Below are positions 41,230-53,620 of a stretch of DNA of 64,000 nucleotides, piece by piece (position 1 is the stretch's first letter; the number at the start of each line of letters is the position of its first letter). The stretch covers positions 248,001 to 312,000 of the forward strand of contig CAXHJY010001105.1 of the NCBI GenBank assembly GCA_964016885.1, given 5' to 3'. This DNA is from Eledone cirrhosa (lineage: Eukaryota). The position numbers and the translations under genes were made by a program. The notes beneath the pieces were generated by a model. It had not been told where the DNA came from. It searched no databases and worked only from the letters and a program-made list of their open reading frames with translations.

Positions 41230-41640
41230 GTAGTGGTGGTGGTGGTGGTGGTGTGGTGAGGTAGTGGTGTTGTGGTGGTGGTGGTGGTGGTATTGTAGTG
41301 GTGCTGGTGGTGTTGGCGGTGTAGTGGTGGTGGTGTTGGCGGTGTAGTGGTGGTGTTGGTGGTGTGATGTGGTGGTGGTGTGGTGGTGGTGGTATTGTAG
41401 TGGTGCTGGTGGTGTTGGCGGTGTAGTGGTGGTGGTGTTGGCGGTGTAGTGGTGGTGTTGGTGGTGTGATGTGGTGGTGGTGTGGTATGGTGTAATGTTG
41501 TTGTTGGTGTTATAGTGGTGGTGTTGTTGGTGGTGGTGTTGTTGTTGTTGGTGGTGGTGGTGGTGTGGTATGGTGTAGTGTTGGTGGTGGTGGTGTGGTA
41601 TGGTGCAGTGTTGGTGGTGGTATTGCTGTTGGTGGTGTTG
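41230..41640. repeat. (GGT)n-rich low-complexity tract
   Basis: Direct reading. Confidence 0.9.
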
Positions 41641-41679
41641 TCTTCGTAGTTATAACTAGACTAACAATCGGACCGCTTA

Positions 41680-41833
41680 TATATGTTATGTGTGTATATA
41701 TATATATATATATGTTATGTGTGTATATATGTGTGTGATGTGTGTGTGTATATATATATATATATATGTTATGTGTGTATATGTGTGTGATGTGCGTATA
41801 TATATATATGTTATTTGTGTATATATGTGTGTG

Positions 41834-41869
<36 letters not shown>

Positions 41870-41945
41870 GATGTGTATTTAGCTATATATATATATATAT
41901 TGCTTTTCCTGCACGCCGAAATGCGATTCTCGCTGAATCTTTATT

Positions 41946-42012
<67 letters not shown>

Positions 42013-43319
42013 GTATATATATATGTGTGAATGTATATATATGTGTATGTATATATATATGTGTGTCTGTATATATATATATATGTCTGTATATTTACAA
42101 AAAAATGTACGAAGCGACTAAATTTGTCTGTCTATCTCTCTCACTCCCTCTCTATATATATCTGTCTATTTCTCTCTCTCTCCCTCTATATATATATATA
42201 TATATATATCTGTCTCTCTTTCCACCCTCTCTACATATATCTGTCTGTCTCTCGCACACTCCCTCTATATATCTGTCTGTCTCTCGCACACTCCCTCTAT
42301 ATATATATCTGTCTGTCTCTCGGACACTCCCTCTATATATATCTGTCTCTCTCTCACCCTCTCTCTATATTTATCTGTCTCTCTCTCGGACACTCCCTCT
42401 ATATATCTGTCTCTCTCTCACCCTCTCTCTATATTTATCTGTCTGTCTCTCGGACACTCCCTCTATTTATCTGTCTCTCTCTCGCACACTCCCTCTATAT
42501 ATCTGTCTGTCTCTCTCTATATCTCTCTCTCACTCCCTCTACATATCTGTCTCTCTCTCTCACACTCTCTCTATATTTATCGGTCTATCGCTCTTTCTCT
42601 CTCTTTCTCTCTCTTCCACTCTCTCTATACATATGTTTCTCCCTCTCTCTCTATATATGTATGTTTATCTCTCTCACACTTCCTCTTTTTATGTATCTGT
42701 CTCTGTCTCTCTCACACACTCTCTATATATATGTTTCTCCCTATCCTTTCTCTCACTCACTCTCTATCTATTTATCTCTCTTCCCCACACTCACTATATC
42801 TGCTACCCTTTTTTGGGAGACGCGCACACACGCACATACAGACACACACACACACAAGCACACACACATACATACATACAGACACACACACATACAGACA
42901 CACACACACACACACATAGACACACACACATACACACACACACACATACAGACACACACACACATACACACACACACATACAGACACACACATACAGACA
43001 CACACAAACACACACATACATACACACACATACACACACACACAAACAAGCACACACACACACACACAAACAAGCACACACACACACATACATACAGACA
43101 CACACAAACACACACATATATATATATATTCATACATACACACGCTCACACACACACACTAACATATATATTCATACATGCACACAGACATATATATATT
43201 CATATACACACACGCTCACACACACACACACGCTCACACACACACACACACATATATATATTCATATACGCACACACACATATATATACATATATATATA
43301 TGTCTGTGTGCGTATATGA

Positions 43320-43350
<31 letters not shown>

Positions 43351-43367
43351 AGCGTGTGTGTATATGA

Positions 43368-43398
<31 letters not shown>

Positions 43399-43423
43399 AA
43401 CATGCAGGGAACTACCCTATGCC

Positions 43424-43475
<52 letters not shown>
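41680..43475. repeat. Successive (TA)/(TG), (CT) and (CA) low-complexity tracts
   Basis: Direct reading. Confidence 0.9.
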
Positions 43476-43478
<3 letters not shown>

Positions 43479-43597
43479 GAGGTTATATTTAAATTGTTGG
43501 GATACAACAAGCAAAATATTTTTATAACTGATATAAAGCACTCAACAAATTATTGGAGTAAATATACAATATATTAACAAATGGAGATTCCAACCAC

Positions 43598-43726
43598 AAT
43601 GGTTGCATTTTTTCAGGGTATGTCAATATTTAGTTATAAAACTAACCTATATTATATTTTATCTGATGAAAGCGCACCATAATTTGCCTTGGTGGCCCTT
43701 GAAATATGTATAATGATATAAATATG
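43598..43726 (+). ncRNA. Family-B hammerhead-containing unit (core 43655-43718); second copy at 44212-44378 (core 44270-44333)
   Basis: attttat-CTGATGA-aagcgcacca...tggtggccctt-GAAA-tatgtat-a-atgaWat. Confidence 0.68.
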
Positions 43727-44638
43727 GGGCATAGGTTAAGAATAACGTTTGCGAAAATGAAAGTCAATTTTCTGACAAGTGAATGTGTTTGTTTTTTTTT
43801 ACAGTGAAAGTTACGATACACTCTTTGTTTATTTACAACAGGTCTCTACAGTGATATGGTGTTAATTAGTATTGCGTGTGTGATTATTTTCTCATATATA
43901 TATGTGTGGGTGTGTATATGTGTGTATATATATGTGTGTCTGTATGTATATATATATGTGTGTGTTTGTATATATATATATATGTTTGTGTCATCATCAT
44001 CGTTTAGATGTTTTTACCCAAATCCCTTATCATTCTCTGTCCTTCTTATGACCCGGCCTTAATTTCTTTGGGGGACAGATAGTTAGTGCCAACTTTGGCA
44101 AGATATTACAAAAACATCTAAACGATGATGATGACACAAACACATATATATATACAAACACACATATATATATATACATACAGACACACATATATATATA
44201 CATACAGACAGAATGGTTGCATTTTTTCAGGGTATGTCAATATTTATTTATAAAACTAACCTATATTATATTTTATCTGATGAAAGCGCACCATAGTTTG
44301 CCTTGGTGGCCCTTGAAATATGTATAATGAAATAAATATGGTTTTATAAATATAGTTTCCATTTGTTAATATATTGCATATATATATATATATATATTCA
44401 TATACGCACACGCGCACACATATATATTCATACACACACACGCACGCACACACAAACATACATATATATATATATTCATACATATACACGCACACATATA
44501 TTCATACACACACATAAACACACACACACATACATACACACATACGCTCACATATATAGATACAGGCACACGCACACACACACACACACATTGTTTGTTG
44601 GATCTCCGTCGGTTGCAGGGAAGAGTGTTTCAACATCC

Positions 44639-44930
44639 TCAGGGAGATTCAGTGTAACATGGTGGTGCCTGAGCATTCTTGATACACGTGAACCATTGAC
44701 GGAGTTCTTAGGAAGATTCAGTACCACATGGTGGTGCCTGAGCATTCTTGATATACGTGAACAGTTGACAGAAATCTCAGGGAGATTCAGTGGGACACGG
44801 TGGTGCCTGAGCATTCTTGACAAACGTGAACCGTTGATGGAATTCTCAGGAAGATTCAGTATGGCATGGTGGTGCCTGAGAATTCTTGATACAGGTGTAC
44901 CGTTGACGGAATTTTCAGGGAGATTCAGCT
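44639..44930. repeat. 69-bp diverged tandem repeat, ~4.2 copies
   Basis: 23-aa periodicity SGRFSxxWWCLSILDxREPLTEF. Confidence 0.88.
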
Positions 44931-44966
44931 GGTCACAGTGTGTAACAAAGCTGACCCTTTATATGC

Positions 44967-45048
<82 letters not shown>

Positions 45049-45124
45049 CGAAGGAGGTGTGGTAAGGAGCCAGATGGACCATAACACACCAGAGTACTCA
45101 ATATTTAGGGTAGTAGAGTGGGTA

Positions 45125-45230
45125 ATAGGAAAATGTTTGACCCCGACGGCAGAGCTCAAGCCGTTTTGACGGCTATTTCTGGACTAAATTCTAACTTGAG
45201 CTCTGCCGTCGGGGTCAAACATTTTCCTAT
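45125..45230. repeat. Perfect 36-bp inverted repeat beside (TA)n
   Basis: ataggaaaatgtttgaccccgacggcagagctcaag / cttgagctctgccgtcggggtcaaacattttcctat. Confidence 0.9.
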
Positions 45231-45522
45231 ATATATATATATACGATATTAATAAATGGAAACTATATTTATAAAACCATATTTATTTCATTATACATAT
45301 TTTAGGGATACCACATTAAATTATGGTATGCCTTCATTAGACAAAATACAATATATAACAGTTTTACAAATAGGTTTGACGTACCCTTTAAAATACAACC
45401 ATTACTTTTGGAGGCTGTCTGGATAGTGATTTGTTTATATAATAAGTCATAGTGTTAAGCACAATTAGAAAAAGACGGAGAGAAAGAAAGAGAAAAGAAC
45501 AAAGACAGAGAGAGAGAGAAAG

Positions 45523-45579
<57 letters not shown>

Positions 45580-45581
<2 letters not shown>

Positions 45582-46035
45582 TTTCTGAATTTGTTTAGCA
45601 AGATTCTTTATCTGAAAACGTGTGTTGAAACCGATATTGTGTTGCTTTGGGAGGGTCATGTTGCCAATAAGAAACACACGCACCAGTTGCTTTCACTTGA
45701 ATTTATTATAAATTAAATAAACACACACGGACATCTGGATGTAACACATGCGCAAACTAAGCACACAATACACACAAAAACAAGATGGTGGAGGACAGAA
45801 CAAAGGAGAGGCACAAAAACAAAGAAAAGAATCCCCAGTCACTGAAGAGGTCACAGAATGTGTGACGAAAGAACTTTGACAATATATGAACAAACGTCTG
45901 GTTGTGGAACCAACCAACCAACCGGAAATTTATAAATTCCTAAATTTATAAATTTAATTTATAATAAATTGAAGTGAAAGCAACTGGTGCGTGTGTTTCT
46001 TATTGGCAACATGACCCTCCCAAAGTATAACAATA
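45580..46035. mobile_element. Unit with ~85-bp inverted ends and a hammerhead motif at 45838-45880 (plus)
   Basis: Same family as 19731-20205, including the one-sided ~55-bp extension. Confidence 0.8.
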
Positions 46036-46594
46036 TATATATATATATATATATATATCATCATCATAATATAAAACGAAAAATCAGTGATGCATCTGGA
46101 CTCAATTTATTGTGTGTTACAATTGTTTCGCCGGTAGACAACTTGAGACACGATCATTGTATGGATCTGTCTGATTCTGGACCTGCAGGTTCGTCGGACA
46201 CTGGCAATAATTTTGGATCAAATTTTCTCACTGGGGTGTTAGCGTCAAAAAACATCTTCCTCGCTTGTCCTGCTATTGGCTGTTGTTTTTCTACGTCATC
46301 ATAAATTCTGGCCAATAGTTGCTGTCAGACAGGCCATCAGCTGTCCCTCCGCCTGACACACTTCAATGAATTCATGATGGGTTTGGTATTTCACGGTTTG
46401 GTATTTCACGGTTTGGTATTTCAATACTGATTTAAATAAATAAATAAATAAATAAATAAAATAAATAAATAAAAAATATAAATAAATAAATAAATAAATA
46501 AATATTTAAGAGAAATATAAATAAATAAATAAAAGAAATAGAAATAAATAAATAAATATTTAAGAGAAATATAAATAAATAAATAAAAGAAATA

Positions 46595-46625
<31 letters not shown>

Positions 46626-46729
46626 ATATTTAAGAGAAATATAAATAAATAAATAAAAGAAATATAAATAAATAAATAAATAAATATTTAAGAGAAATAT
46701 AAATAAATAAATAAATAAATAAATATATA

Positions 46730-47168
46730 CACAAGCACAATAACAACAAACATATAAACACACACTAGTAAACTAAGATAGAATACAATAACCAAAACAC
46801 AGTCACCCAAACGCGAACACACACACCATACACTATACACACACGCAAACGCATGCGCAGAGAAGACGAAAATAAATAAATAAATAAACAGATAAAATAA
46901 AGATGGCGTAGACATACAATACAACAGGAGGAACATAATAGTACCACTGATGATGTTGCAGATGTGCAACGAAAGAACTTTGTTAGACTATATATATGTG
47001 TTTGTGTCTATATTATATCTGTTGACCTTTGGTCAGTCAATGGTAAACATTGAGGACCGAATAAATTAACTGATATAAAAGACACAGAAGCGAAAACCAA
47101 CCAAACAGTGAGTGTGTTCTGTTATTATTTCTGGCAATATTATTACAACAATATGACCCTCTCCAAGT
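46730..47168 (+). mobile_element. PLE-terminus-like unit with a hammerhead motif at 46943-46984
   Basis: ca-CTGATGA-t-gttgca-gatg-tgcaac-GAAA-gaact-t-tg; ends aatatgaccctctccaag like the 16874-16999 arm. Confidence 0.72.
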
Positions 47169-47209
47169 ATATATATATATATATATGTTTATATATATAT
47201 ATATATATA

Positions 47210-47352
47210 TGATAGGGACCCCAGCTGAGTAAACTGGAGCAATGTGGAATAAAGTGTCTTGCTCAAGGAAACAACACATGACCCGGTCTGAGAATTGAAC
47301 TCACAACCTTTCGATTGCAAGGCCAATGCTCTAACCACTAAGCCATGTGCCT

Positions 47353-47414
<62 letters not shown>

Positions 47415-47724
47415 AGGCACATGGCTTAGTGGTTAGAGCATTGGCCTTGCAATCGAAAGGTTGTGAGTTCAATTCTCAGACCGGGTCATGTGTTGTTTCC
47501 TTGAGCAAGACACTTTATTCCACATTGCTCCAGTTTACTCAGCTGGGGTCCCTATCATTCCACTGTAAAGTGGACATGGAGGTGCCACGGAAAAAAAGCA
47601 CCCAGCACTCACTGTAAATGAGGTTGGTGTTAGGAAGGGCATCCAGCTGTAGAAATCAAGCCAGAATCAGTTCTCATCCCACCCTTGCAAGCAGGAAAAA
47701 AGCAGATGTAAAATGAAATGATGA
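47210..47724. mobile_element. SINE (47413-47724 plus) with an inverted copy of its first ~145 bp (47210-47354) across (AT)n
   Basis: Arms are reverse complements sharing a private ~23-bp deletion. Confidence 0.9.
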
Positions 47725-47907
47725 TATATATATATATACGGGATAACAGATTATTGTTATAGGTAGTCCACTTAGGTGTAGTCCAGTTAGGGTACTCCGA
47801 GTAGTGGATGATATCAACGCTTGACTAAGTTTGACTCAACAAGGCGTTTCCATAGTGATGCTGCGAGTACGCGGTGATTTCTATGTTGTTAACACTTGGA
47901 GTAATGA

Positions 47908-48165
47908 TAAATCAGGAAAGAAGAGTGACACGGTTTGCTATACAAAAAAGGTTTTTAATCTCATTGCTGACAATTGTGTCTAGAGATCTCTACCCGCCTG
48001 TTTTCACGTTATTCGATCACCAATACATAGTTGTAACGAGTCAATTCATCAGAGCTAGCGAGAATGCTAGTGCGATCTCTAGACCTACCAGTTCAGAGAA
48101 ACAATTGTCAGCAATGAGGTTAAAAACCTTTTTTGTATAGCAAACCGTGTCACTCTTCTTTCCTG

Positions 48166-48169
<4 letters not shown>
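47908..48169. repeat. Inverted repeat (~68-bp arms) carrying the gaaacaattgtcagcaat hammerhead 3' half
   Basis: aaatcaggaaagaagagtgacacggtttgctatacaaaaaagg...gctgacaattgt and its reverse complement. Confidence 0.8.
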
Positions 48170-48204
<35 letters not shown>

Positions 48205-48555
48205 CATAGGCACCTCTTAACAAAATATACACCCCAATCTACTACCCCTACCCTATCCTCCCACTCCCACCAACAGCACAAGAAAATGAGATCAAGTTCG
48301 TGTAGGTGTCACGACAAAAAACACACACAGTCCACGCTGTAATGTGGCCGTGTAGGTAACACGGTAAAAACCTCCCAGTCCCACACTGTAAATGTGGTTG
48401 GTGTTAGGAAGGACATCCAGCCGTAGAAAATCTGCCAGACAGTCCTATATGAGCGAGACACGGTCACCCGACCAACCTTGCCTCAAGTAGGCCAATTCCC
48501 GTCTAACCCATGCTAGCATGGGAAATGGACATTAAACGAAGATGGTGATGATGAT
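48205..48555 (+). mobile_element. RTE 3' UTR fragment (longer relative at 50160-50496)
   Basis: Homologous to the reverse complement of 3279-3650. Confidence 0.82.
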
Positions 48556-48971
48556 ATATATATATATATGTATATATATATTATATATACATAATGTATG
48601 AAATATGCTTGATTTATTCCTTTTCTAACTTTTACCTCATGCATGCCTTTTTACCTCATGCATGCCTAACCTTTTGCATTATATACCCTTAATATTACAT
48701 TTTTCAATGCTATGATATCTTTTATCTATCTTCTGTAACACCTTTTTGCTTGGTATCTTTTGCACATGTATTACGTTAAACAATATCTTTATATAAAATA
48801 TCCTCAATATTTCACTTTTCACCATTGCTCCATACACTGTGATATCTGTAATATAACATCTTTTTGTAACTCTTGCTTTTCAATATGATGTCACTGACAC
48901 TGTCAATAATAATGTATCTATATAAATATTCTGAAGACTAGGATTTTAATTACCCCAGTTTAAACATTGTG

Positions 48972-49022
48972 TATGGTCTGATGATTCCAGACATTTGTCT
49001 GGAAGAAACAATTGTCAGCAAT
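48972..49022 (+). ncRNA. Compact hammerhead motif with canonical core and GUC site
   Basis: CTGATGA-ttccagac-attt-gtctggaa-GAAA-CAATTG-TC; stem I imperfect. Confidence 0.7.
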
Positions 49023-49074
49023 TAAATGTATTAAACTAAAATTTGATTGTTTTATATTTTGTATATATATATAT

Positions 49075-49440
49075 CTATCTATCTATCTAGGGCAGGTAAA
49101 ATTCCCGAGATTCATGAATGAGTTCTCTCCAGCAGTCTCTGTCATTCATTATCACTGATCTGTCTTGCGTCTCCAACAGACCAGTGTCTGTCCTTAGGGC
49201 ATCAACATATGTCAACCTCGGTCTTCCTCTTCCAGTGTGTCCGTGTAGGGGCTCCCACAGGAGCACTGAGTGCAATGTCAACTCTGGATGTTGGTGAGCA
49301 TGTCCAGCTAACCTCTGTCTCCCTCTTCCAGTGTGTCCATGCAGGGGCTCCCACAGGAGCACTGAGTGCAGTGTCAACTCTGGATGTTGGTGAGCATGTC
49401 CAGCTAACCTCTATCTCCTCTGTGTTACCTTCCAGCTGAC
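49075..49440 (-). mobile_element. RTE family-2 3' fragment with an in-frame 96-bp tandem duplication and (GATA)n tail
   Basis: [19 protein letters not shown] occurs twice in ORF 49087-49377. Confidence 0.85.
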
Positions 49441-49804
49441 TTTTGTTTCTACTAACATTACCACAATACCGGACATTTGCTGGGGGTTATAAAAGGGCTG
49501 TAACTTCTGATAGAGTTGTAGGGGCTCTGTTATGACAAATAGTATGTCTTGGCTGGTCTAAAGTTTGTCCAACACCCATACCACTAGGCCATGTGCCTAC
49601 ACTGGTGATCCACACAATAAAAACACCCAGTACACTCTGTAAAGTGGTTGGTATTAGGAAGGGCATCCAGCTATAGAAAGCTTGCCAAACAAAGAGTTTG
49701 GAGGGTCCTTTGTATGTGTGTGTGTGTGTAACAGCTCACACCTATGTAGGTTTAGCTGGCCTCCTCCAAGGTATATCTCGTTGGAGGTCTCTTGGATAAT
49801 TTAA

Positions 49805-49972
49805 TGATAGGGACCCCAGTCCCTATCATCTTATTTCTACAGCTGAGTAAACTGGAGCAATGTGAAATAAAGTGTCTTGCTCAAGGAGACAACACATCAC
49901 CCGGTCCGAGAATCGAACTCACAACCTTTCGATTGCAAGCCCAATGCTCTAACCACTAAGCCATGTGCCTTC
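49805..49972 (-). mobile_element. CORE-like SINE 5' half
   Basis: Reverse complement of the head and core of the 18179 family. Confidence 0.85.
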
Positions 49973-50500
49973 ACGTACTCTAGTACTCTAGTACTTCACA
50001 GGGGTTACGATCAGTAGATAGTATCAGCAATAGCTGGGGGTTTAACCCCATGATGGACTGGTGTCCTGTCCAGGAGGAAGTCTTGTAATCTCAGTCGCTT
50101 CACACCATCAAACTGGGATAAGAACTGGCGAAATGAGCCTTCTGGCTTTTAGTATATATCAAGACAATGTCACTGGACCGAGATCTTTGGCGGCACTCAG
50201 TAATAGAGAAGACCCGCCTTACCTTAATACAAAGTAAAACCTACTACATTCAGTAGGCATCTCTAACAAAATACACCCCGTCCCACTACCCCCACCCCAT
50301 CCACAGTAAAAACCACGGTAAAAACCTCCCAGCCCCACACTGTAAATGTGGTTGGTGTTAGGAAGGGCATCCAGCCGTAGAAAACCCGCCAGACAGTCCT
50401 ATGCGAGCAAGACAACCACTCTTGCCTCAAGTGGGAAAACTCCCGTCCAAACCCATGCAAGCGTGGCAGATGGACTTTAAACGATGATGATGATGATCTG

Positions 50501-50533
<33 letters not shown>

Positions 50534-50937
50534 ATATATATATGTGTGTATATATATATGTATGTAAAAGGTAAACAGAATCGAACTCACAACCTTTTGA
50601 TTGCAAGCCCAATGCTCTAACCACTAAGCCATGTGCCTTCATGGGGGGTCCTTTGGTTTTGTGAAAGACTTAACACCCTCCCTAGTGTATGTATTGCCCC
50701 AATATGGCCACAGTCCAGTGTCTGAGACTAGTAACAGAATAAAACACGAAACAACTTCAAAGACCAGTCATGTGACCAGGGTAAAGGAAGTGTGATAAGT
50801 TTTCTCAAGTTTTATCTCTCACCACCTGATGGCATGTTCAGACAAGATAGCCAGCCTCACAGCTTTACATATGTTTGCATTTTTGCATACATCATCGTGA
50901 GTCAACACTTTGAACACTTTCACCATTGGACTCTTTA

Positions 50938-53412
50938 GCATTTACATTACGTCACATAATATCTCACAAAACATTTACATTACTCTATATATACTATTGT
51001 ATTGTCACAGTAAAGGCTTTACCTCACATAATATCTCACATAACATCTACATTACTCTATATATACTATTGTATTGTCACAGTAAAGGCTTTACCTCACA
51101 TAATATCTCACATAACTTCTACATTACTCTATATATACTATTGTATTTTCACAGTAAAGGCTTTACCTCACATAATATCTCACATAACATCTACATTACT
51201 CTATATATACTATTGTATTTTCACAGTAAAGGCTTTACCTCACATAATATCTCACATAACATCTACATTACTCTATATATACTATTGTATTGTCACAGTA
51301 AAGGCTTTACCTCACATAATATCTCACAAAACATTTACATTACTCTATATATACTATTGTATTGTCACAGTAAAGGCTTTACCTCACATAATATCTCACA
51401 TAACATCTACATTACTCTATATATACTATTGTATTGTCACAGTAAAGGCTTTACCTCACATAATATCTCACATAACATCTACATTACTCTATATATACTA
51501 TTGCATTTTCACAGTAAAGGCTTTACCTCACATAATATCTCACATAACATTTACATTACTCTATATATACTATTGCATTTTCACAGTAAAGGCTTTACCT
51601 CACATAATATCTCACATAACATTTACATTACTCTATATATACTATTGTATTGTCACAGTAAAGACTTTACCTCACATAATATCTCACATAACATTCACAT
51701 TACTCTATATATACTATTGTATTTTCACAGTAAAGGCTTTACCTCACATAATATCTCACATAACATTCACATTACTCTATATATACTATTGTATTTTCAC
51801 AGTAAAGGCTTTACCTCACATAATATCTCACATAACATTCACATTACTCTATATATACTATTGTGTTTTCACAGTAAAGGCTTTATCTTACATAATATCT
51901 CACATAACATTCACATTTCTCTATATATACTATTGCATTTTCTCAGTAAAGACTTTACCTCACATAATATCTCACATAACATTTACATTACTCTATATAT
52001 ATTATTGTATTTTCACAGTAAAGGCTTTACCTCACATAATATCTCACATAACATTCACATTACTCTATATATACTATTGCATTTTCACAGTAAAGGCTTT
52101 ACCTCACATAATATCTCACATAACATTCACATTACTCTATATATACTATTGTATTTTCACAGTAAAGGCTTTACCTCACATAATATCTCACATAACATTC
52201 ACATTACTCTATATATACTATTGTATTTTCACTGTAAAGGCTTTACTTCACATATTATCTCACATAACATTCACATTACTCTATATATACTATTGTATTT
52301 TCACAGTAAAGGCTTTACCTCACATAATATCTCACATAACATTTACATTACTCTATATATACTATTGCATTTTCACAGTAAAGGCTTTACCTCACATAAT
52401 ATCTCACATAACATTTACATTACTCTATATATACTATTGTATTGTCACAGTAAAGGTTTTACCTCACATAATACCTCACATAACATTTACATTACTCTAT
52501 ATATACTATTGTATTTTCACAGTAAAGGCTTTACCTCCCATAATATCTCACAAAACATTTACATTACTCTATATATACTATTGTATCGTCACAGTAAAGA
52601 CTTTACCTCACATAACATTTACATTACTCTATATATACTATTGTATTTTCACAGTAAAGGCTTTACCTCCCATAATTTCTCACAAAACATTTACATTACT
52701 CTATATATACTATTGTATTGTCACAGTAAAGACTTTACCTCACATAATACATCACATAACATTTACATTACTCTATATATACTATTGCATTTTCACAGTA
52801 AAGGCTTTACCTCACATAATACCTCACATAACATTTACATTACTCTATATATACTATTGTATTTTCACAGTAAAGGCTTTACCTCACATAATATCTCACA
52901 TAACATTCACATTTCTCTATATATACTATTGCATTTTCTCAGTAAAGACTTTACCTCACATAATATCTCACATAACATTTACATTACTCTATATATATTA
53001 TTGTATTTTCACAGTAAAGGCTTTACCTCACATAATATCTCACATAACATTTACATTACTCTATATATACTATTGTATTTTCACAGTAAAGGCTTTACCT
53101 CACATAATATCTCACATAACATTCACATTACTCTATATATACTATTGCATTTTCACAGTAAAGGCTTTACCTCACATAATATCTCACATAACATTCACAT
53201 TACTCTATATATACTATTGTATTTTCACAGTAAAGGCTTTACCTCACATAATATCTCACATAACATTCACATTACTCTATATATACTATTGTATTTTCAC
53301 AGTAAAGGCTTTACTTCACATAATATCTCACATAACATTCACATTACTCTATATATACTATTGCATTTTCACAGTAAAGACTTTACCTCACATAATATCT
53401 CACATAACATCT
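50938..53412. repeat. 72-bp satellite array (~34 units), inverted relative to 12785-14832
   Basis: Same unit on the opposite strand. Confidence 0.97.
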
Positions 53413-53620
53413 CGTATACGAGAGACGTGTGTTGACGTGTGTGAACAAGCTCGGCTACCGAGTCGGATTTACTTACTCAAAAGTGAGTTTTGATTAATTT
53501 TTTTATACTGTAATATACGTTAACCCCTTGCCTTGGTCGTCAAACTTTGAGTTTATTTATTTTCGCCCCTTTTTGGGGCGAATTTTCCAGTTAAAAATTT
53601 ATTACGGCAAACTAATAGAA

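Noticed and set aside
41650-41680. Helitron 3' end on the minus strand (actag...)
   Set aside because: No convincing subterminal hairpin or matching 5' end.
50910-53493. 841-aa and 855-aa repeat-protein ORFs (also 13021-14863, 59021-59798)
   Set aside because: The 72-bp unit lacks stops in two frames at once, has indel units that shift frame, and derives from a MITE; no sign of coding constraint.
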